From Ruminococcus albus 7 = DSM 20455 (lineage in GTDB: Bacteria > Bacillota > Clostridia > Oscillospirales > Ruminococcaceae), in the NCBI RefSeq assembly GCF_000179635.2, contig NC_014833.1:2190001-2222000 (forward strand): 32,000 nucleotides of DNA. The letters run 5' to 3'. Below the pieces are notes generated by a model that was not told where the DNA came from, ran no database searches, and was given only the letters and a program-made list of their open reading frames with translations. Shown here one piece after another: positions 1 to 7,699 of the stretch (position 1 is the first letter of the stretch; each line of letters opens with the position of its first letter). The translations under genes and the position numbers were made by a program.

Positions 1-396
1 TCCATGAGATGTGCTCTTGAAGATGCCGGTATAACTCCCGATGAAGTGGGTTATATCAATGCCCATGGCACTTCTACTACGTTAAATGATCTCTATGAGA
101 CTATGGCGATAAAGCAGATCTTTGGTGAAAAAGCCTATGACATCCCGGTTTCTTCCATAAAGGCAGCTATCGGTCATACCCTTGCCGGATGCGGCGTAAT
201 TGAGGCTATCGCATGCGTCAAAGCTATCGAGGAAGGCATATTACCGCCTACAGTTCATTTCGATGAACCTGATCCGGAGCTTGATCTGAACTACATACCC
301 AATTCAGCACTTAAAAAGGATATCAATGTTGCTGTATCTAATGCTTTTGGCTTTGGCGGGCATGATGCGACACTAGTTTTCAGAAAATATAACTGA
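1..396 (+). CDS. beta-ketoacyl-ACP synthase (KAS I/II-type condensing enzyme), C-terminal fragment; 5' end lies outside the window
   Basis: Frame 1 is open from the window edge to TGA at 394-396. YINAHGTSTxLND (first catalytic His), SIKAAIGHTLAGCG (Lys plus second catalytic His) and NAFGFGGHDATLVF are hallmarks of the C-terminal half of thiolase-fold elongating ketosynthases. Confidence 0.9.
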   Translation, partial: SMRCALEDAGITPDEVGYINAHGTSTTLNDLYETMAIKQIFGEKAYDIPVSSIKAAIGHTLAGCGVIEAIACVKAIEEGILPPTVHFDEPDPELDLNYIPNSALKKDINVAVSNAFGFGGHDATLVFRKYN

Positions 397-412
397 GAGA
401 GGAATGGAAAAA

Positions 413-766
413 ATGCCTATCGCACAGATGAAAACCAACTTCAAAATGAACGACGTTTCTAAAAAGGAATTTCTGGATGATATTGCAGGGGAAATGGCAA
501 AGCTTCTGAAAAAGCCCATTCCGGCTGTAATGGTCATGCTGGACAACTGCTATATGGACATGAATAGATCTGAGGATACCGTTTTTTTCTCTGAATTCCG
601 CTACGTTATGCCACAGGAATTTGACGGCGATAAAAGTGGATTTATGAAAAAGTTTGCAGATACAATGCTGGCAGTCATCCAAAAACACACAAAAGTTGAT
701 CCCTACCGCATATATATGCAGTTTACAGAGATGGACAGACAGAGCGCTTGGCACTATACAGAATGA
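413..766 (+). CDS. MIF / D-dopachrome tautomerase family protein (tautomerase superfamily, Pro-1 type)
   Basis: By eye it aligns to MIF over its full length: MPIAQMKTN..., FLDDIAGEMAKLLKKP vs FLSELTQQLAQATGKP, PYRIYMQFTEM vs PDRVYINYYDM, and a C-terminal W. The GAGAGAGG Shine-Dalgarno at 395-402 lies 10 nt before ATG 413 but only 1 nt before the longer-ORF ATG at 404. ATG 413 gives the Met-Pro N-terminus this family needs. Confidence 0.75.
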   Translation: MPIAQMKTNFKMNDVSKKEFLDDIAGEMAKLLKKPIPAVMVMLDNCYMDMNRSEDTVFFSEFRYVMPQEFDGDKSGFMKKFADTMLAVIQKHTKVDPYRIYMQFTEMDRQSAWHYTE

Positions 767-781
767 GAAAGGAATGATAAT

Positions 782-1906
782 ATGAAATGGTCAATAAGAG
801 AACTTCTTAACCCGGTGGTCACCAGATCAATGCTTTACGGAAGTGATCCATTTGATACAGAATACGTTTTGAAAAGAGTAGACGAGATAGACGTCATGAG
901 CGGTAAGAAAATACAGGCTGTATGGCTTGGTGAATGGGGCAAGAAGATCGCTCATTACGCAGAACTTCGTGATCAGAACGAGGCTAAGGAAAACCGTATC
1001 TCTGCAAGAGCATACGCTAAAATGGTCGCTCAGTGCTGGTACGCTTGCTATATGGTTAATATTCAGGACTTGGAGCAGAAGGTCTCCATTTATAATAACC
1101 TGGCTGAAAGCTACAGAAAGTATACTGAACTATGCGATAACAAGATAGAGTACGTTGAGATAGATACAGCTTTCGGAAAGCTTCCTGCTTATATCCACTA
1201 TCCCGATGACGGCAGCAAGGAAAGCTATCCTATCGCTATAACCTACTCGGGCATCGGTAGCTGTAAAGAGGAACTTGATATGCTGGCAATGCCACTTAAT
1301 GAGCGTGGAGTTGCAGTTATAACCCCTGATATGCCCGGAACAGGCGGCGCTGTTATATGGAATAACGTGAAGTGCGGCGGTGACGAACTGGAAGCCGCTT
1401 TCGATGGTATTTACAAGTTCATTGACAGCCGCAGTGAACTGGACAGCACCCGTATAGCTAACTTTGGTCTGTGCATGGGCGGCGGTTATGCTATCAGAGC
1501 AACAGCAAAGAATCCTGCTGTTAAATGCTGCGTAGCACTTTTCCCGCTTATGATATGCTATTGCAAGCTTGATTCCGTACCGATATGGATGAAGAAGGGC
1601 AAGTGGACTTCCTACCAGACAAATGATGACTATATGGAAACGATGAATGTTCTCTCCGAGGGTACTCTCAGCTCCGATTTCTTCCTTGTTCACAGCGATT
1701 ACGATAACTGGATGACCCACGAGGCAAATGATATCCTCTACAGCAAGGCTACAGGTTACAAGGAGAGACTTGAAGTTACTGAAAGACCTGCCTATGTTTC
1801 CGAGGAAACTATCATGCACGCAATGCCGGTAGGTGAGCAGTTCCATTGGGTAAAGCATATAACTGCTGATTTCATTGCACAGAGACTTACAGGAGAAACC
1901 AAATGA
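782..1906 (+). CDS. alpha/beta-fold hydrolase, dienelactone hydrolase / FrsA-like, with a Cys nucleophile elbow
   Basis: 374-aa ORF with an N-terminal helical region followed by an alpha/beta core (PIAITYSGIGS...VAVITPDMPGTGG). The nucleophile elbow is G-L-C-M-G at 1466-1480, with the Cys231 codon at 1472-1474. The stop overlaps the next gene's start (ATGA at 1903-1906). Confidence 0.7.
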   Translation: MKWSIRELLNPVVTRSMLYGSDPFDTEYVLKRVDEIDVMSGKKIQAVWLGEWGKKIAHYAELRDQNEAKENRISARAYAKMVAQCWYACYMVNIQDLEQKVSIYNNLAESYRKYTELCDNKIEYVEIDTAFGKLPAYIHYPDDGSKESYPIAITYSGIGSCKEELDMLAMPLNERGVAVITPDMPGTGGAVIWNNVKCGGDELEAAFDGIYKFIDSRSELDSTRIANFGLCMGGGYAIRATAKNPAVKCCVALFPLMICYCKLDSVPIWMKKGKWTSYQTNDDYMETMNVLSEGTLSSDFFLVHSDYDNWMTHEANDILYSKATGYKERLEVTERPAYVSEETIMHAMPVGEQFHWVKHITADFIAQRLTGETK

Positions 1907-3462
1907 GCATGAATTTCTTTGATTATTACAGCAAATACGCTCAGGAGACACCTGACAAGATCCTTCTGAGAATAGATGAGAATACACTGACATACAGTCA
2001 GTTCATGGAGAAAACCGCCATATTCGGTTCTGCACTTAAAAAGTTGGGCATCGGTGTGAACGATAAGGTAGGTCTGGTAATGCCTAACAGCATTGAATGG
2101 TATATTGCTTTCTGGTCAGCTGTAAGAATAGGCGCTCAACCTGTTCCGATTGATCCTCAAAGCGGTTCGCTGGAACTTTCCAGACTTATCCCTGCAACTA
2201 CAGTCAAGATGCTTTTCGTCGCTGAAAAATACAGAACAAATCATATTATAAAAGCAGTGGAGCAGATCGTTCCCGGTGAATTCAAGCTTACAAAGGTCGT
2301 ATGCTTTGCGCCTGAAAGCGCAGTACCTGAGAACGAGTGTTACACAACTGCCGATAAATTTACTGCTGAATTAGGTGAGGCTGACTGCGAGATCTATCAG
2401 CCTGAGTATCTTCACACTATGTCACTCGCCTGCACTTCAGGCAGTACCGGCACACCAAAGATTCTGGCTATCCCAACAGGCGGATTTCTCTCCACACAGA
2501 AAGATATGGGCGATTATCTGGAATTCAAGTCCGACGATGTAATGATGCTGGGCATGACCCTCTATCACCAGGGCGGATTCGGAATGGGTCTGCAAATGGC
2601 ACTCAAGGGCGGATGCGTAATGTATCAGCCGCAGTTCAATCCCATTTCTTTCCTTGAAACTGTTCAGAAATACAAAGTAAATATAATTCAGCTCACCTCT
2701 ACACTTGCAAAGGTCCTGCTTTCAACTCCCGATTTTGATAAGTATGACCTTTCATCTGTTCGTATATGCTACTTTGCAGGAGAAGTTCTGCCCAAGGAGA
2801 TCGCTGATGCATTTGTTAAGAAACTGAATATCCGTGTTATAAATATAATCGGTTCGTCCGAGACCTGTACTATGGTAGTATGGGATTCTGCTAAGGACGG
2901 TGACACTGACCCCAGCGACTTCAAGAAGCTTTACTTCACTGATTATCGTGTTATTGATGCTGAAAAGAATGACGTTGCCGAGGGTGAAACAGGAGAGTTA
3001 TGTGTATACACAGACGGTGTAATCACGGAGTATTTTGGCAATCCAGAACTTTCTGCCGAAAAGATACTTACCGATGAGCAGGGCAGAAGATGGTTCTGTA
3101 CAGGCGATCTTGTAAATAAACTGCCCGGAGGTATAGTTCGTTTTGCGGGACGCAGCAAGCGTATTATCAAACGTGGCGGAAACCTTGTCCACGCAGAAGA
3201 AGTTGAAGCCTGCCTGCTCACTCATCCCAAAATTGCTGCCGCAGCTGTAACTGATGAGCCGCACCCGGTTATCGGTCAGCAAATAGTTGCCTACATTCAG
3301 CCAAAGGGCGATGAAAAGATAACAAGAGGCGAACTGGCACGCTATTTTGACGGAAAACTCTCTGCATACAAAGTACCCGACAAAGTAGTTCTCGTAGAGG
3401 AGATCCCAAAGGACATCGGTAAGATACAGTTTAAATATCTCAGAAAAAAGGAGTATAAATAA
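1903..3462 (+). CDS. AMP-dependent synthetase/ligase (ANL superfamily acyl/aryl adenylating enzyme)
   Basis: Core motifs are TSGSTGTPK (P-loop/A3), GSSET (A5), CTGDL (A7), GRSKRIIKRGG (A8) and PKDIGKIQ (A10 Lys). The 4-nt ATGA overlap with the upstream gene indicates translational coupling. Confidence 0.9.
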   Translation: MSMNFFDYYSKYAQETPDKILLRIDENTLTYSQFMEKTAIFGSALKKLGIGVNDKVGLVMPNSIEWYIAFWSAVRIGAQPVPIDPQSGSLELSRLIPATTVKMLFVAEKYRTNHIIKAVEQIVPGEFKLTKVVCFAPESAVPENECYTTADKFTAELGEADCEIYQPEYLHTMSLACTSGSTGTPKILAIPTGGFLSTQKDMGDYLEFKSDDVMMLGMTLYHQGGFGMGLQMALKGGCVMYQPQFNPISFLETVQKYKVNIIQLTSTLAKVLLSTPDFDKYDLSSVRICYFAGEVLPKEIADAFVKKLNIRVINIIGSSETCTMVVWDSAKDGDTDPSDFKKLYFTDYRVIDAEKNDVAEGETGELCVYTDGVITEYFGNPELSAEKILTDEQGRRWFCTGDLVNKLPGGIVRFAGRSKRIIKRGGNLVHAEEVEACLLTHPKIAAAAVTDEPHPVIGQQIVAYIQPKGDEKITRGELARYFDGKLSAYKVPDKVVLVEEIPKDIGKIQFKYLRKKEYK

Positions 3463-3464
3463 TT

Positions 3465-3716
3465 ATGAATAATCTCGATTGGAACGAATTCAGACAGGTA
3501 GTTTCTGACTATGTAGGTGTTGATGCTGATGAGATCACAAGGGATACTGATGTTTTTGATGACCTGTATCTTGATTCTCTCGGACTGTTCGGCCTTGGTT
3601 CACACATTACAGATACATACAAGCTGAATGTTGCGCTGTCATTGGTAGCATCTATCAGCAGAGTAGGGGAGTTCTTCGATCTTCTTAACGAAAAGGGTAC
3701 ACCGATAGAGGGATAA
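3465..3716 (+). CDS. acyl/peptidyl carrier protein (phosphopantetheine attachment site)
   Basis: 83 aa. The LYLDSLGLFGL motif has the DSL serine (Ser38, codon 3576-3578). The gene starts 2 nt after the ligase stop. Confidence 0.85.
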   Translation: MNNLDWNEFRQVVSDYVGVDADEITRDTDVFDDLYLDSLGLFGLGSHITDTYKLNVALSLVASISRVGEFFDLLNEKGTPIEG

Positions 3717-3717
3717 T

Positions 3718-4428
3718 ATGACACTTTTCTTTTTCCCACACGCAGGAGGTTCAGCAAAGAGTTACGCATCATTTAAACGCTTTCTCCCAAAAGATCTGAA
3801 CGTTGTCACAATGGAACTTTCAGGGCGTTTTACCCGTTCTGACAAACCACTGATGCACGATATCGAGTCGTGTATCAGTGAACTTTTTGACAGCAACGAA
3901 AAGCTTCCGGACTTTCTTAAGGATGGCGATTACGCAATATTTGGTCATAGCATGGGAACAATCCTTGCCTCCGAATTTGTAAAACAGATAAGGGAAAAGG
4001 GTCATCCTGCGCCGATACACATCTTTCTGTCAGGTAAAAACGCTCCTGATGAAAACCTTCATTGTTTCGATGATATCAACAAGGTCACCGATCAGGAGAT
4101 AATTGATTTTTTTAACAATAACAGTATGAATTCCTCTCCGGTGATCCCCGATGCGGAGCTTGTAGCACAGCTTAACCGTATCCTCTGTAATGATGTTAGA
4201 ATGGCTGAAAAGTACTGCACCACTCCGAATCAGGTGCAGTTTGGCTGTGATATCACGGCGATATACGGCACAGATGATACAATGCTAAAAAATGCTAACA
4301 TGAGCAGCTGGAAACGATATACCGATAAAAACTGTGAAGTAGTATCATTTAGCGGCGGACATTTCTACTATACTCAGCACAAGGAGGAAGTCTGCAAGCT
4401 TATCTGTAATAAACTTGGACTTAATTAG
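3718..4428 (+). CDS. type II (editing) thioesterase
   Basis: FFFPHAGGSAKSY N-terminal motif, GHSMGT nucleophile elbow and C-terminal GGHFY catalytic His motif, in 236 aa. This is the classic GrsT/TEII layout. The gene starts 1 nt after the carrier-protein stop. Confidence 0.9.
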   Translation: MTLFFFPHAGGSAKSYASFKRFLPKDLNVVTMELSGRFTRSDKPLMHDIESCISELFDSNEKLPDFLKDGDYAIFGHSMGTILASEFVKQIREKGHPAPIHIFLSGKNAPDENLHCFDDINKVTDQEIIDFFNNNSMNSSPVIPDAELVAQLNRILCNDVRMAEKYCTTPNQVQFGCDITAIYGTDDTMLKNANMSSWKRYTDKNCEVVSFSGGHFYYTQHKEEVCKLICNKLGLN

Positions 4429-4463
4429 AATGTTATGTAATAGTCCGTATAAATAGATCAACA

Positions 4464-4505
4464 AACAAAACAGACAGAGCCCAAAATGACTCTGTCTGTT
4501 TTGTT
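4464..4505 (+). terminator. intrinsic terminator-like hairpin after the biosynthetic operon (possibly bidirectional)
   Basis: Perfect 16-bp inverted repeat AACAAAACAGACAGAG ... CTCTGTCTGTTTTGTT with a ~10-nt loop. It has a T-rich 3' arm and lies 36 nt downstream of the TEII stop. Confidence 0.7.
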
Positions 4506-4587
4506 ACGTGATTCTTTCAGTTATCGAGATTTGATAGATGATATGAGATAGAAATTCAACAGCAGGAAGTACAGAAGCACTTATAGA

Positions 4588-4623
4588 CTTAACCGCACTA
4601 AATGAAAATTTAGTGCGGTTAAG
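4588..4623 (-). terminator. hairpin downstream of the minus-strand ABC transporter genes
   Basis: 13-bp inverted repeat CTTAACCGCACTA ... TAGTGCGGTTAAG with a 10-nt loop, 23 nt beyond the permease stop. No clean U-tract follows on the minus strand, so terminator function is uncertain. Confidence 0.35.
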
Positions 4624-4645
4624 GGAAGGGCTCACTTAGTTGCAT

Positions 4646-5556
4646 TTATATTGGCTTCCATTTTATAAGTTTTTTCTCTGCTATATCCAGCACAACATTC
4701 AATATGGTTATCACAGTTCCTACAACGAATATTCCTGCAAGTACTCTGGCATAATCGGCATAGTCTGAATATTTTTTTATGAAAAATCCAAGTCCGCTTG
4801 TTGCACCGATCATCTCTGCCATTATTAGGATCATAAATATGGTGGAGATCTGTATTTTAAGATTACCGACAATTGATGGGATACTGTAAGGCAGTATCAC
4901 CTTAAAAAGCATTGTTGGTGTACTTACATTCATTGCCTTGGCAGAATCTATCAGTCTTCCGTTTATGCTGCCGACCCTGTTTATCATTCCAAGGAATATC
5001 GGCCAGAACATACCTATGCCTATTACAGCTATCGATGCAGATGTAAATGTGGGCATCAGCGCGATGAGATATGGGGTATATACCATGGGCGGTATAGGGC
5101 TGAGTACTTTAGCAATTGGTGTAAAATCATTATTGAGCCGTTTTACCCATCCCACTATCATGCCCAGTATATTTCCCGATATGAGTGCTATTGAAAATCC
5201 TGTCACCAGTATCATCAGAGAATGACCTATGCCCTCTGCTATAAATTCGCTGTCCTTCAGGAACACCTCGAATACATTCTCCATTGGTGGATTAAGTACA
5301 GGATTGCCCTTGCCAAGTATACGGAAAGTTATATCCCATATAAGAAAAAGACAGTATGGTAGAACCAGATAAGTCCCATGATAGCAACATAGACGGTGTT
5401 TTTCGGTGCGCTGACCTTTCCTTTTATAAACGAAAGTGTTATCACTGTTCCGGCAAAAAGTGTAACAACAGCTATGTTCAGTATTATTTTGCCGACAGAG
5501 TAAGTTTTCTCACTATCGCGTGATTCCAATGTATTTATTGTTCGTGTATCTGTCAT
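4646..5556 (-). pseudogene. ABC transporter permease (NitT/TauT / SsuC-type), split by a 1-nt frameshift
   Basis: Two ORFs cover it: 5556->5329 (75 aa, two TM helices) and 5284->4646 (212 aa, BPD-type permease core). The 75-aa ORF start overlaps the ATPase stop (ATGA at 5553-5556), which is typical operon coupling. The downstream frame stays open upstream of its ATG and reads LIWDITFRILGKGNPVLNPPMENVF. Adding one base to the A5 run at 5345-5349 fuses both parts into one 303-aa protein. Confidence 0.75.
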
Positions 5557-6332
5557 GCAGTTCTCACCTTCACTTCTGTAAACAGGTCGAGCAGCTCATG
5601 GCGAAGCTGATCGTATCTGTTTAGTCGAATCAGTTCCTCTCTTGGGGTATTTGCGGGAAGACCTACATTTACTTCTGTCCTTATCTTATGGGGCTCCATG
5701 AAATATACCTTGTCAGCCAGGACCAGTGCTTCGTCGATATCATGGGTAATGAATACCACTGTCTTTTTCTCCCCGCGTTTTTTGCAAAGCTCAATGCTGA
5801 GTTCCTGTAATTCTATACGCTTCTGTGGGTCGATAGCTCCGAATGGTTCGTCCATGAGAAGTATGTCCGTATCCATCGCAAAAGCTCTTGCCAGAGCCAC
5901 ACGCTGCTGCATTCCGCCCGAAAGCTCGTGTGGATATTTATTAGCACTGTCAGCAAGTCCGACCAATTCAAGATACTCCTCTGCTCTCTTTGCTATCTCT
6001 TTTCTGTTTTTTAGTATACCGGCTTCTTTGATTCCGAACATGATATTCTTTTTTGCAGTAAGCCACGGGAAAAGTGAATAGTGCTGAAATACCATACCTC
6101 TGTTTACATCGGGACCTGTAACAGGCTTGTCGTTTATCAGTATCTCACCTTTTGTTGGGAACTGAAGACCTAACAGCAAAGATACAAGCGTGCTTTTTCC
6201 GCAGCCCGAAGGACCGATAAGGCAAGCGAACTCCCCCTCTTCTACCTTAAAATTCAGACCATCAAGGATATTTACTGCTTTGTTATCAGTTTCATAGCTG
6301 AATGAAACATTACGAAATTCTATTTTACTCAT
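5553..6332 (-). CDS. ABC transporter ATP-binding protein (NitT/TauT family, SsuB/TauB-like)
   Basis: Walker A GPSGCGKST, ABC signature LSGGMQQR, Walker B ILLMDEPF and an H-loop ITHD. The 259-aa size is typical of this family. Confidence 0.9.
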   Translation of the reverse strand: MSKIEFRNVSFSYETDNKAVNILDGLNFKVEEGEFACLIGPSGCGKSTLVSLLLGLQFPTKGEILINDKPVTGPDVNRGMVFQHYSLFPWLTAKKNIMFGIKEAGILKNRKEIAKRAEEYLELVGLADSANKYPHELSGGMQQRVALARAFAMDTDILLMDEPFGAIDPQKRIELQELSIELCKKRGEKKTVVFITHDIDEALVLADKVYFMEPHKIRTEVNVGLPANTPREELIRLNRYDQLRHELLDLFTEVKVRTA

Positions 6333-6363
6333 TATCGGTTCCTCCTTAAAATAATATCATCTT

Positions 6364-7446
6364 TTATACATCGTATTTGTCCGAGAACTCTTTAAGAGCA
6401 ATATAATCGGGATCATCAGGATATTCTTTAAGTATCTGATCAAGCGCTTCGCGGAAGATCTCTGTATTGACATTTCCGCTTATGTCAGCGTCCTTGATTA
6501 TTCCCTCGCCTATTAGATATGCTGCATAATCAACTACTCTGTTCCTTGCAGGATCTGGGTTATAGCGCGAAGCATAATCACCGTAAAGCGCTTCTGTAAC
6601 ATACTCCTCTGTCTGACCCGTTTGTCTGACCATAATATCTATGGCATTGTCATGATCGTTGAGTATCAGTTTGTATGCTCTTATCAAACCTCTCTGATAA
6701 GCTACAAGTTCATCATGTTTTTCTTGGACTACCTTTGAAGTAGTAGTCTGACGGCAGCATGGATAGCACGGATCTATATCACCTACCTTTATTCCCAGAT
6801 CAAGTCCGAAATTTTTTGCAGTCTGTACTCCGTCGGCGGTGATATATCCAACATCGACCTGCCCCTTTGATACCGCCTGAACAATGGAAGTATCATCATT
6901 GAGGTAATCTATCTCGATATCCTGTTCAGGAACTATGCCGATCTCACGCAGCTTTGCACGTATGATGTTATCGCCCGTGTAGCTTCTGGCTGATGCCCAT
7001 TTCTTTCCAGCCCAGCCGGATAATTCAGCAAACTGTTCAGTGTTTTCAGGCTTTGTGATGATAGCACCTCCCTCCTGTGCCGATCCGCCGAAGAATATAA
7101 GATCCTGTCCCTCAGCCATGAATTGTAACTGTAATGTGATACCTACGGGAACTACATCGACTTTGCCTGTTGAAAGCGCTGTTAAACTGTCAGCTGTGGA
7201 GAGAAGAACATCGGAGTTTACCGTCACGCCTTCCTCTTCAAAATATCCCTGATCGTAGGCAACCGTAGTCAGCGCGGACTTTATAGATGAAGGGAACCAC
7301 GCGACTTCAAGTGTACCGACATTCGCTTTGTTTACTCCGCTTCCCGATGTTTTTTTATGCGATGAACTTCCGCAGGCTGTCAGGGTGCTGACAAGAAGTG
7401 AAGTTGCGATCAATACTTCAATAGCTTTCCTTACTCTTTTCTTCAT
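6364..7446 (-). CDS. ABC transporter substrate-binding lipoprotein (NMT1/THI5 - SsuA/TauA-like)
   Basis: Signal peptide with lipobox LTAC (MKKRVRKAIEVLIATSLLVSTLTAC-GSS). I prefer the start at ATG 7446 because a GAGGAAG RBS lies 7 nt upstream. The longer ORF to 7497 adds a non-signal-like extension. Confidence 0.8.
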   Translation of the reverse strand: MKKRVRKAIEVLIATSLLVSTLTACGSSSHKKTSGSGVNKANVGTLEVAWFPSSIKSALTTVAYDQGYFEEEGVTVNSDVLLSTADSLTALSTGKVDVVPVGITLQLQFMAEGQDLIFFGGSAQEGGAIITKPENTEQFAELSGWAGKKWASARSYTGDNIIRAKLREIGIVPEQDIEIDYLNDDTSIVQAVSKGQVDVGYITADGVQTAKNFGLDLGIKVGDIDPCYPCCRQTTTSKVVQEKHDELVAYQRGLIRAYKLILNDHDNAIDIMVRQTGQTEEYVTEALYGDYASRYNPDPARNRVVDYAAYLIGEGIIKDADISGNVNTEIFREALDQILKEYPDDPDYIALKEFSDKYDV

Positions 7447-7503
7447 AAATATCTTCCTCGTATAATAAAAGTAGTAGTTTTTAGAGTTCCTCTCCAAGAA
7501 CTA

Positions 7504-7512
7504 TGGTATAAT
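7504..7512 (+). promoter_or_regulatory. extended -10 promoter element TGGTATAAT
   Basis: Exact TGnTATAAT at 7504-7512 on the + strand, pointing into the IS110 leader and transposase. No good -35 is present. Confidence 0.35.
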
Positions 7513-7699
7513 ATTGTTTAGATGCTGTGGATTGGTTTGATCTTCCTACCGTATGACGGTTTACGAAAGGCTCCGACCGCAGTCTCTATGCAATTTGTTG
7601 ATCAGTTAGATACCGCCCGACGGTTTATTTAGAACGAGGTTACATTAGCGTAGAGTCTCTGTGGATCTAAACAGCATCAATAATTTTGGAGGTATCATT
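7513..7699 (+). ncRNA. candidate IS110 bridge (guide) RNA in the left non-coding end
   Basis: Elements of the IS110 subgroup are known to encode a structured bridge RNA upstream of the recombinase. Here an extended -10 box precedes a ~190-nt non-coding leader. The leader has a long-range complementary pair GATGCTGT (7521-7528) / ACAGCATC (7671-7678). It also has direct repeats CTGTGGAT (7525-7532, 7659-7666) and GACGGTTTA (7555-7563, 7619-7627). I did no structure or homology computation. Confidence 0.3.

Noticed and set aside
380-1993. Antisense ORFs 380-754 (124 aa) and 1130-1993 (287 aa) opposite the MIF and hydrolase genes
   Set aside because: Both lie entirely within well-supported plus-strand genes. 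Their translations are low-complexity and Cys/His/Phe-rich with no recognisable motifs and no RBS. They are typical shadow ORFs.
5329-5556. 75-aa ORF as an independent small membrane protein
   Set aside because: Its start is translationally coupled to the ATPase stop. The downstream permease frame is open across the junction, and a single base in an A5 run joins them. It is the N-terminus of the permease.
7447-7497. Longer N-terminal extensions of several ORFs (7497 for the binding protein, 7661 for the IS110 transposase, 13177 for NifX-like, 19621 for regulator 1, 23910 for PL1, 30624 for DJ-1)
   Set aside because: In each case an internal ATG is preceded by a good GGAGG-type RBS at 5-10 nt. 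That ATG also gives the expected family N-terminus, whether a signal peptide, MIVVGIDV or MSQYRIAV. The extensions lack an RBS and look non-native.
7447-7660. TPP (THI-box) riboswitch upstream of the NMT1/THI5-like binding protein
   Set aside because: I saw no CUGAGA / ACCUGA-type THI-box core on the minus strand. The region is better explained as the short native spacer plus the left end of the IS110 element.
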